A stretch of DNA of 64,000 bases from a virus. Positions 54,701 through 61,027 of this stretch are shown in pieces (the first letter of the stretch is position 1; every line of letters starts with the position of its first letter). The notes below the pieces were generated by a model. It saw nothing but the letters and a program-made list of their open reading frames with translations. It was not told the origin of the DNA and did no database searches. A program made the translations under genes and the position numbers. Location: positions 1 to 64,000 of IMG/VR virus record IMGVR_UViG_3300002231_001563; one strand, given 5' to 3'.

Positions 54701-56150
54701 TCCGGTGCTGAATGGCGCTACTGGTTCTGAAAGCTCACTCTTTGGGTCTAACGAGAAGCAGGCCTTCTGGGCGTATCATGCAATTCACACTGAGACGGCA
54801 GCCCCTATGACAGGGCGGTATGCTAATGCATACGCCATGCAGCTAGACGCATCAATTAACCTTTTTGGTAAAAACGGAGATAAGTGGGTTATTGAGCCAA
54901 AGTTTGAAACCCCGCACTATAATTTTAATTCCGATTCTTCAATCCGCCCCCTTACGAGCGCCAGCAATACGTTGACAATTCCCACAAATGGTTCGGAGTC
55001 CGTCCCACGAGGAATGTGGCATCAATTTGGCACCATGGAGACTGAAAAGGGAGTCTATCTTGAAGTAGACAGTATTCCGGACAACTGGCGCCTTATTCGA
55101 GGATCAGCTCCGGCTGATGACTTCACGAAGGTGTCAGGTATAGACATGAGCGTTTATCAGGCATCTTCTTTTAAATCCCTATCTCAATTGGTTGGGTTTG
55201 AGGAATCTAAAAAGTTAGGTAATACTGCCGAATCTCTCCAGGTTTCTGAGGCTGTTGTGGCCGTACCATTTATCGTCGTGGACGGTGAAAAACAATTTTT
55301 CGAAATTCCCGCAGACACTATTCGAAGCGCATTAGGCTCCTTACCTGAACAATCGGAAGATGCGGCCAGAACACGCGCCAAACGCGCCGCCAGGGCCGCT
55401 GCAGCAGGCCTAGGAGACGTCCTGGATGATTTATTGGATACTGAAGCGGAGCGCACCGCCGCACGCGTCAGGGCCGCAGCAAACGCAGCTTCTTCGGGCG
55501 CTTCATCTGCTCTCGACGAAGGGGAAACATCCATTACTACGCCTGCGCGCTCAATTATCGATATGGTAAAGAAAATGAAAAAATATGTTTTCCCCCCTCG
55601 CATGGACTTTGTTCACAATGTTGGAGCAGTAAGGCCATTTGCCATGTATATTTTCGAATTTGAATATGAGCTTGATCAGGTTGATTTAAGCTATATCTGG
55701 CAAAATGTTGCTCCGCGACCCCGCGACCAAAAGATCGTTCAAAAAGATGTTGAAATTTCCCATAAACTTTTTGCTAATGAGCTTATGGGGTCATTTGGTA
55801 ACGGAGATAACGATCCCATTCGCGATGGTTTGCGCTGGATGGTCTTCAAAGTAAAGAAAAGGGCCAATAATAACTACTATAGTAAAGTAAGAAAAAATAC
55901 GGGCCCGATAACCCAGCAGCATCCCTATAGCTATAACTGGCCGTATGATTTCTTTTCTCTGGTGGAGTTTGTGAAAATGGATGCAAAAATTGGCTTTGGA
56001 AAGGGCCTTAAGGATAAAGGGATATCGCAAGAGGTTTTCGAAGTGCGAGAGGATCCTTTAAAAATCGCCCAAAAGCGCAAAAAGATGCGAGGAGGAAAAG
56101 AGGAGGAGACTCCACAAGAAAATAATCCACCCGGGAGACTTAGAAAATGA
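45741..56150 (+). CDS. Giant baseplate/wedge protein (~3470 aa) with LamG domains
   Basis: YPYDG N-terminus; YKSKGNIKAF (gp7/gpI-like KG motif); LamG signatures IEFWMK/WHHYAFTF/IDEFRYW and LSAWV/WFHILY/ITEVSIF; start MSIRD at 45741. Confidence 0.75.
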   Translation: MSIRDLFDKNIPTSIVTSRDLAELGKDVESAANITQKIRQKTRFIPQKDYGDPKNFAHFGSAVQYYNDAFSRIANQYPYDGSLSEQTKFINDSTFLDLYIFDKLYPRRTGYVKIAPSGFGVSGGSTAFSGTSIGLPVSLEYIQAIGGPHTASSGMIGQPLEKTFAHSNIYDTAQDRESNLKCDMESGVTIEFWMKKSSLFNSLTETEIEVPAMLSNGVSGSVMVLIDTTTPGDDTRNRISIKATSGSAYVGSWNTGLTNVQILDNKWHHYAFTFKNTATTLTAQAFYDGAPYSSGTAAPAPMGEVTGALKLNIGSARTLRWDAGGLDLTIPADGYGKLTGSIDEFRYWKTARTAEDIGRYWFTQYGGGTNTDLANTSLGVYYKFNEGITGITATDSTTLDYSGRISNGTWVGYTSGARSTGSAIDTYLGRQSEFRDPIIYTDHPAVISLQDSLIGSASAYDLQNNSSIYRSLPSWIVDEDGNSGQELLKLTQILSSYLDTLYLQIENYPRLKDIQYPGPDSKPIPFAHKLLEGYGLATSEMFVDATILEQISNRNEEAKFDEDLSDIKNLIYKNIYNNLVYIYKSKGNIKAFRNVMRCYGIDTDLVKINLYGDNTTYRLRDNYETLSTRKKYIDFNHPSRYGGTLYQQDLGLGSTARSYITGSRTTQEIYTAFTLEGEAIFTTPQPVKQADYFATPFITSSLFGFHGVSPVAPSNLAFPGSDDFVNVYAVREAAESPNVKFCFVYGVSGITLGTVMSPLFYDVYNNQKWNFALRFKSTKEGGNLVSGSTTGNDYILELYGANAEAGQISQQFTITASLPVGLGVNRYKYLSEPKRIYAGAHRQDFVGAILQSTDIKLGSVRYWTKYLEDGEINSHARDPQNFGSLAPHQSTYLYPTSLTGTHIPQIETLALNWEFDTITGSNASGRFKVLDLSSGSANKQDKYRWMGDIVGTNHPASASFFPANSSKALDTRFVYTAQQTLPENIQGHNMVSIGENDNIFKKTTRPVEYFFAIEKSMYQNISQEILNVFATIADFNTLIGDPVNRYRGEYKALQKLRQLFFERVENEPDLDRYIEFYKWIDSSLTTFLMQLVPASARFSNSMRTMVESHVLERNKYRTKFPTLDLEIPELSVGIAGINELLEDWETDHHPVSGRQDENCPWWKTRAERRGVISSGVPTVDENRSAYLSASLQVLNRQRTTPYKYGVEKATILKGGSNFYDNKIGDYVKNTLPWMDSGATTGLYILSGNIEPYTCSDPPPPNTKRKLKYGVFTADSGMASFPNSYNYTSGKGEMFVPFSIYSASYVNAFSQNLVTALGYNLEITNVDNDSYGVSEGVPMQGPFTDKFVGGNQYRHVDPNLDGTDTPLTRPEAWRLRAGTGVVKIARQPFQRPRAMLYRDMVAKRPLNLQNIKQVNGTDTRYVSGTLQAQIGNYRKSYEIVQAPGRTTNNRAWVRKGPWILNDALDPSHLTASMFVGGMFDAPEIDRGRTGYVMVSRFSSPGGPDTAGDSNGGPGLDRFAAEFSPNNEMNWRNSEVRDPLRKWLLTPHVNQFGFYSGVPDRIASSSVNATNYRGTGSFYQINRNRRRVIKEVAPGTLGTASVYDNYYIQHPIPSTDLRYAWITASYLSTTPVGLGYWPTEFYIPDLYTASIGPVNFVSASAQSYSIPVDFVGMNNLVYSPIMDRYAYAKDGPSGLRVNLDTRQEAAAFDYKNILEYKNSNITTPPDIDMLNILDLHRNGPYQAPNWKFMRTAQSPTARYLRKNNFIGCTGQRYITPSYMVSPKLVEDTQTTLYYEPAVSKISTPFEIMVGTQGPGAPQCQDPNVSSTDASSEVVVSLGVSLINAYGFANENLTKCAKGVVTIANNDDSGGPDTACLQTDTGYGTMTGMYLYGALDDDSSPVDSFVEAKYQSPVFPAAINQFSRFSRARSLYYNRFWNSSRATRTTRGETKFISHATSQGWDVPQSEWALDANANFTMGPIYNANTATGSTAGELQNDYAQCHGASMFTSSWFLSCSAVNVNAGFTPTRNLNFGSVLYNGIFTPLMGTPKTAGTYAREFAERAIVRPLTGTYADTGVPNAYTLSAWVHPERVLPPVKPPSLRNDKKYNIISFLSADHPKPATKVAGQCAVQLFLTGGVPALQNRRIGVRTMVSSAAGGIQIDEGYTDSALMNGWFHILYCYDATAPGDTSVGNDRHKIYVNGELRPLVASSSLPDGLASVFYGQINPSTGAIGSDASYNFNMSTLTGGVNPTPALGEYFINGLFEGSITEVSIFNYSLHTMDATRLPAAMYNGGCPPDLSKITFFQQEAYKPSAWYRVGAFKGPAIGPQYQPGLRKLGPGDIPGSSSWNPAEPPPVGPSMTGSRLVNLAAVYWDSEDGLLSKGDGYPVVDYSISAGSATFNMSFHNQMDLADRPCRSGYRVGSAENIHSAPLYNRKHTVDTPFSVTPFGWSLPSSSYPTETTWPIRNRAVSMDIPELSASINKWISTYPVAVLTSDADAIAHPLGEIQINGGNALFEANRLAGYEKDGTWLPIPSAPSYDTYGDYSQYMHLKNQDFSIVPEFRISDHMGFYLNDNRGDFLAENNSLFSIPGSTSSAASNVPLNSSDESFYQVFSNSDFLRHFSIIKQDHKGFADPSAITLRCSGLMKFLPYDGFFPSERSLQIASQFSQSYSSFLEYAGLDSSLADARMRPFMAPFFQPGIIYNTIKAGLAVDYPLYTSSYNVINYASYRYAGGSRLNSNYYALGTQKVYNPPATLFSASWDVRIPFEAAVEPEKYAAGYFIYDAEPHPSSALDVQVRWNGGGDNLYKRMMSNYLAAIPEFFLPEGTFTSLSSKSEKNFANVRSGTNYGMRVKLRRTLNKPRAWRSYTNPEPIITYDVPQDPRNLSGIAKDLKETFTMYSRPSAFGPPVAASDFLGYTPSLTPDNLNVVYFNTDLYPSDSLMGINPSFTPPYYGGESWADIVYAATSSGPVTLDEIFAASTVNLWRIDASPVLNGATGSESSLFGSNEKQAFWAYHAIHTETAAPMTGRYANAYAMQLDASINLFGKNGDKWVIEPKFETPHYNFNSDSSIRPLTSASNTLTIPTNGSESVPRGMWHQFGTMETEKGVYLEVDSIPDNWRLIRGSAPADDFTKVSGIDMSVYQASSFKSLSQLVGFEESKKLGNTAESLQVSEAVVAVPFIVVDGEKQFFEIPADTIRSALGSLPEQSEDAARTRAKRAARAAAAGLGDVLDDLLDTEAERTAARVRAAANAASSGASSALDEGETSITTPARSIIDMVKKMKKYVFPPRMDFVHNVGAVRPFAMYIFEFEYELDQVDLSYIWQNVAPRPRDQKIVQKDVEISHKLFANELMGSFGNGDNDPIRDGLRWMVFKVKKRANNNYYSKVRKNTGPITQQHPYSYNWPYDFFSLVEFVKMDAKIGFGKGLKDKGISQEVFEVREDPLKIAQKRKKMRGGKEEETPQENNPPGRLRK

Positions 56151-57148
56151 CATTTTTTGATAAAAAAGAAGAAGTTTTAGATATTCAACTCACTCCCTTC
56201 GGTAAACAAATGTTGTCAATAGGCAAGTTTAAGCCCGTTTATTATGCCTTTTATGACAATAATATTCTCTATGACGGCGCACACGCTGGCATTGAAGAAG
56301 TGCAGAATGACATTGAAGAAAGAATACAGGATAATACCCCCCAGAATAAAACACAGCACTCCTTTTCCTCCCGCGAACATGATTTCTCCAAATATCTCCA
56401 CGCACGAGATGACCTCTCATTGCCAGAGATCGATCGAATTCGAATTCAAGCAACTCCCGAAAAAGAGTTTTCTTTAGTGCGCCCTATGGGGACTTCCGAT
56501 CTTGATTCTACTCAGGCACCCAATTGGAAAATTACATTACTGGAGGGAGAAATAGAAAAGGCGTCCCATTTTCTAACTAGTTCTTTCCAGGATCTACCCA
56601 TTCCTCAATTGGATATTAATTTTACTTATACGACAAAAGTAGTGGATAATTCCACTACTCCCTCTAGCTTCATTGATCCTAATTCTACCGCACCCGATGA
56701 TTTAACGAATTATATATTTAGCGATGGCTCGCGAATAGATATTGATATTAAAGATGGCTACAGCAATTTATTATTCATGGTGGAAGAAGGCGGCACGCCT
56801 TTTCAAAAGGAAAATTTTGATGTGGAAGTATATTATGTAGAGCCATCTGACGGGTCTTATACTCCTCTATCATTTACTCAAAAGATGAGCAATATTATAA
56901 ATGGCCTCTTCGTTCCGGAGTCTCAGCGTTCGGATACAAATATTGATGAGACGTATGTGGAATTTTTCTTTGATTTAAATACCGACACTCACATCAACAA
57001 GAGGGATTTGTGTGAAGGAATTCAGAATGTTAAATCACAAGGACTATATATTGATTCAGAGTTAGATTGTATTGATACAGCTAATACTCCCACCACCCTA
57101 AGTCCTTACTCGACAAATACATCCGAACCTGATTGTTCAGATAAATAA
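56147..57148 (+). CDS. Structural protein with tail-collar/DUF3751-like N-terminus
   Basis: VLDIQLTPFGKQML...YAFYDNNILY; paralogous N-terminus to 63542. Confidence 0.55.
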   Translation: MTFFDKKEEVLDIQLTPFGKQMLSIGKFKPVYYAFYDNNILYDGAHAGIEEVQNDIEERIQDNTPQNKTQHSFSSREHDFSKYLHARDDLSLPEIDRIRIQATPEKEFSLVRPMGTSDLDSTQAPNWKITLLEGEIEKASHFLTSSFQDLPIPQLDINFTYTTKVVDNSTTPSSFIDPNSTAPDDLTNYIFSDGSRIDIDIKDGYSNLLFMVEEGGTPFQKENFDVEVYYVEPSDGSYTPLSFTQKMSNIINGLFVPESQRSDTNIDETYVEFFFDLNTDTHINKRDLCEGIQNVKSQGLYIDSELDCIDTANTPTTLSPYSTNTSEPDCSDK

Positions 57149-57167
57149 AGAGGGTTTTTAGAACTCT

Positions 57168-57176
57168 ACTATTTAG
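57168..57176 (+). promoter_or_regulatory. Putative late-promoter motif ACTATTTAG
   Basis: Intergenic, 23 nt upstream of ATG 57200, before GGAG RBS. Confidence 0.45.
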
Positions 57177-57199
57177 TAATGCGGAGAAAATAATATAGC

Positions 57200-60100
57200 A
57201 TGAGCATTGAAACAATAAACTCTCCTTCGGGAGACTCGCTGGCTACCGACGTTAACGTATCGCCACTCCCTTTAGTACATTTTGATAATATTACCCTCGA
57301 TTCACCTCCCTCTATGTCAACAGGGGAAACTAAAATTTCTCAACCTCTCGTAACAACGTTAAAGTTACATCTGGAAATTCCTGTCGAATCCGATTCAGTT
57401 ATAGATATTAACAATATTGTCGATAACTTGTCTATTTTTTTGATAAGCTCTCAAAGCGCAAAAAACGATAGACAACTAGAGAGGGGATCCATCCCCGCTG
57501 ACGTTAAACGCCGCCAATTGCCCCTAGCGTCTTTGGTGGATATCGCCGAACTAGAACACAAATTAGAAAAGAAAATATTCACAACATCCTCATCGGGACA
57601 GAAATTTTTAGAGATTTTTTTTGAGATAAGTGAAACTACTCTCTCTACTCCCGATCATCTCTCCTATTATGCCTGCACACATTTGGATATGGGAGATATA
57701 TTGGAAGCTGTTGGGCTTGACCAACCCGGCTTCTCCTATTACAGTGGAATGAGCGCCGAAAATGTTATCAAAGAGGGTAAAGTCAATACGACGGCTTTTG
57801 TCTTTATAATAACTTCCCCAGGCCCCAACGCCGGCTCATATTGGACGGGCCCTGTTATGAAAAAACCCAATGGATCATGGATGACGGCAAAACTATCAGT
57901 TGCTGGCCTAGTCCCTACACAGCCCCCTTCCGACCTGGAGCAAAGAATAGTCTCCAATTCCACAATTCATGATTTACGTGTTGCTCAAACCATTCCTTCT
58001 TTGAATATCGATTTGAAGCCCGCTAAGATGTTTCCCCTCACTATTAAGGGAAATAATCGTTTTGATAATTCTACCCCCACACCAGATGCCTATATTTCCA
58101 ATGCTTTCTTGTCGCGCGATATGCACAATAATTGTCGATTTATATTTGAATTTGATTATCACGGCTTTCTGGTTGCGGAAAGCCAATTTGGAAAGATGCT
58201 CACCAATCCTTTTGTCCCACTCAATACCAAAAAGAAAATCTATGCATATTCTCGAATCACTAATTTGCAGATTATTCGTCGACAGGTGGAAGTAGCCCGC
58301 TCTTATAACCGTCTCAGTTCTCCTATTTTGGGCATCAGTCGCTCGCAGCTAGATCCAGAGGAAGTGCTCATCGTTGAGACCTCATCGGATAAGGCAAAAA
58401 ACAACTTACTATCTACAGTGGTTGCTTATGCTCCGGGCAACGCCAATGGCATGATAAATTCTCAAGTAGGGACAATTATGGAGTATCCTTTGATCAGTGG
58501 ATCTCCCCGCGAAACACGCACTATTCTAGTTACAGATAACTCGGTGCAGCAGTTAACCGACGGAACTTATCAATACGGGACGCAAATTGAAGTAGAAGAT
58601 GGTACGGTAAAATTTTTAAACGATCGAATTTTAAGACTTATTAGGGTAAAGGAATATCTAGTTGAATATCTCCATGTTCTGGAGAGGCCCACAGGCGCTC
58701 AGCAAAATAATTCTGCCAAATATATGGAGAAATATTATGATCTTTATTTTGGGAAACAAGACCGCCAAAGTAACATCGACGCTATCGAGATAAATAACTT
58801 ACGCAATGAAGTTGGTATGCCAGTTGGTAATCTTGATTCTCGATCAATACTGTATCCCTGGATTTTAGCAACAGAATATTATGTAGACACCCTCCAGGCT
58901 ATTTCTGACTTTAAAGAGGCTCCAGCTAATAATGTCATGAGATCTCCAGACCTCATTCGGACACCAGCGGCCATTTTAGAAGAAAAAAACAAAAAGAGAA
59001 GTCCTTCGGATTCACTTGCGGTGACTCCACGTTACGAATCTTCTGTAAAACCAGGCGAGATCCGCAATGCATTAAAAAATTTATTGGACCCAGCCAACGC
59101 GTCTCCAGAGACAATCCTCCAAGTGCTTTCTTTATACGATTATTTACTAGAAAAAGTGAGAGCTATGTTGGGCCACAATGCCCAGATGTACGAGCCGCCA
59201 AGAGCCACAAAGATGCTAGGAGTTTCTAAAAACTATAAGGTCGCATTGCTCTCTCTCAAAGATTATTTTGTAGAATTATACGACGCTCAATTATCTACTT
59301 ATCCGGCTGTAGATTATATAGGATTTATGGGATCCCCCGGTAGCTATGCGTCCCAAAGCCCCCCGCAAGACACCCAATTTCAAATATCTCCAACCGCAAA
59401 TACCAATGCTTTCGAGAATCCAGCGCCAGATACGTCGCAGAATAGCGATAATGTTCCCGGACTATTGGGTTTGTCAGCAGATGATTTCGACACGCGTATA
59501 GAAGATGAAAAGCAGATGGCGGAACAATTGGGGGGGAATTTCGCACCTACGACGACAGGAAATACAAGTCAATCCACTCCAAGTCCGTCCGACAAAAAGG
59601 ATAAATTACAAAAATTAAAAGCCCTCAAGGCGGAGAAGCAAGCTAACAAAGCTGCGAACGATATGATCCCCAGTACTTCCACCAGTGCAGTCTCTCCATC
59701 CCTAGCCTCCAACTCCGCCACAGCTGCCGCCCCAACGCTTCCAGTGGAGACGCAGGAGGAGTCGACCCCATCGTCGCCCCCTGGTGGCGGTGGTATGATG
59801 ACTACTTACAACTCTTCCACAACGAGTGGATTTGAGAAGGATCCAGGCAACAACAATATGGCCTCTCCATCTGCACCTATAACCTTATCAGCGCCTACGT
59901 CCGCCCCGACAACTGCTCCTCTATTTCTAAGCCCATCGGTCTTGGACTCGAAAGAAGGATTAGTTATAGAGCGCTCAAGCGTAGTCGGCGAAACCTGGAA
60001 CCCTGCAGTATATGAAGATCTACAGACCCTTGTCGTAGGAAAATCTTTGGGAAGAGCATTTCCTTCTGCAGGTGCCGGCGTGGATGCTACATTCGATGGA

Positions 60101-61027
60101 GTAATGGGCGCCCTCAATATCACACCTCAGTCAAATAAGACCCCCATGAGTGTGGAGATTAGTTTGCAGGACGTCGGCCAAGGTTCGCCTACCGATGTTG
60201 TTCCTGCACGAGAGATTTTTGGTAATAATAGCCGCCAAATTGCAGGCCATCAGGAATCTTCCCCTAACCAATGTATTCCAGGAGCAGAAGCGGGCGCTGG
60301 CAATCTTGAGATGGAAATGTGCGAGCAACGCTCTAATGCGCGCCCCATAACCCAAGGTTTTATGGATGTAGTCGCCCGCAATGGCGCCCTGAGCCAAGTA
60401 AGACAAAAGGCGGACGGAAATCCTCAGATGTTAGGAAAAATATATGACCGAGGGCGCTCTAATCCTCAGGCTAGAAATAAACTGCAGCAACTGGCACAGC
60501 GAGGAGGCACTCCTGCACAATATAGGAAATATGCAGAAGCTCAGCTGGCCCGGAAGGGGCCCCTTTCACGGGGCGAAGCCGGAGCCCCAGCAATGAAAAG
60601 ATTTACTTTAGATATGTTGGCTAAGATTATGGTATTTGACGGCTATGCAGCAGATGGCGACGGAAATTTCATGATAAAGAGGCCGGTTTTCCGCACCTTG
60701 GATGAGATGACGTGGAAAAAGATGCTCCTCCAATTAAAAAATCCAAATAATAATATCCGCGCACTGCTGTGTAAAGTAGAGCCCGCCTATGATCCCTCTT
60801 TGGAAATTGGAACAGTGGATGGACTGCAACTTGTGAGTGCAAACTCTTATTTCCTCATAACACAAAATTCTCTAGCTTTAGTGGATATACCTAATGATTT
60901 CCTAGGCGCCACTCAATATAACCGAGAGTTTAGTCCAACGAAAACACGTACACCCAGTCCACGCGCCGTAAGGAGCATAGTGGTCAACACCATCCCTGAT
61001 ATTCGATCCGGCTTAGGGGGTAAATAA
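57200..61027 (+). CDS. Large structural protein with S/T/P-rich low-complexity region, 1275 aa
   Basis: ORF track; position in tail/baseplate block; RBS GGAG. Confidence 0.7.
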   Translation: MSIETINSPSGDSLATDVNVSPLPLVHFDNITLDSPPSMSTGETKISQPLVTTLKLHLEIPVESDSVIDINNIVDNLSIFLISSQSAKNDRQLERGSIPADVKRRQLPLASLVDIAELEHKLEKKIFTTSSSGQKFLEIFFEISETTLSTPDHLSYYACTHLDMGDILEAVGLDQPGFSYYSGMSAENVIKEGKVNTTAFVFIITSPGPNAGSYWTGPVMKKPNGSWMTAKLSVAGLVPTQPPSDLEQRIVSNSTIHDLRVAQTIPSLNIDLKPAKMFPLTIKGNNRFDNSTPTPDAYISNAFLSRDMHNNCRFIFEFDYHGFLVAESQFGKMLTNPFVPLNTKKKIYAYSRITNLQIIRRQVEVARSYNRLSSPILGISRSQLDPEEVLIVETSSDKAKNNLLSTVVAYAPGNANGMINSQVGTIMEYPLISGSPRETRTILVTDNSVQQLTDGTYQYGTQIEVEDGTVKFLNDRILRLIRVKEYLVEYLHVLERPTGAQQNNSAKYMEKYYDLYFGKQDRQSNIDAIEINNLRNEVGMPVGNLDSRSILYPWILATEYYVDTLQAISDFKEAPANNVMRSPDLIRTPAAILEEKNKKRSPSDSLAVTPRYESSVKPGEIRNALKNLLDPANASPETILQVLSLYDYLLEKVRAMLGHNAQMYEPPRATKMLGVSKNYKVALLSLKDYFVELYDAQLSTYPAVDYIGFMGSPGSYASQSPPQDTQFQISPTANTNAFENPAPDTSQNSDNVPGLLGLSADDFDTRIEDEKQMAEQLGGNFAPTTTGNTSQSTPSPSDKKDKLQKLKALKAEKQANKAANDMIPSTSTSAVSPSLASNSATAAAPTLPVETQEESTPSSPPGGGGMMTTYNSSTTSGFEKDPGNNNMASPSAPITLSAPTSAPTTAPLFLSPSVLDSKEGLVIERSSVVGETWNPAVYEDLQTLVVGKSLGRAFPSAGAGVDATFDGVMGALNITPQSNKTPMSVEISLQDVGQGSPTDVVPAREIFGNNSRQIAGHQESSPNQCIPGAEAGAGNLEMEMCEQRSNARPITQGFMDVVARNGALSQVRQKADGNPQMLGKIYDRGRSNPQARNKLQQLAQRGGTPAQYRKYAEAQLARKGPLSRGEAGAPAMKRFTLDMLAKIMVFDGYAADGDGNFMIKRPVFRTLDEMTWKKMLLQLKNPNNNIRALLCKVEPAYDPSLEIGTVDGLQLVSANSYFLITQNSLALVDIPNDFLGATQYNREFSPTKTRTPSPRAVRSIVVNTIPDIRSGLGGK

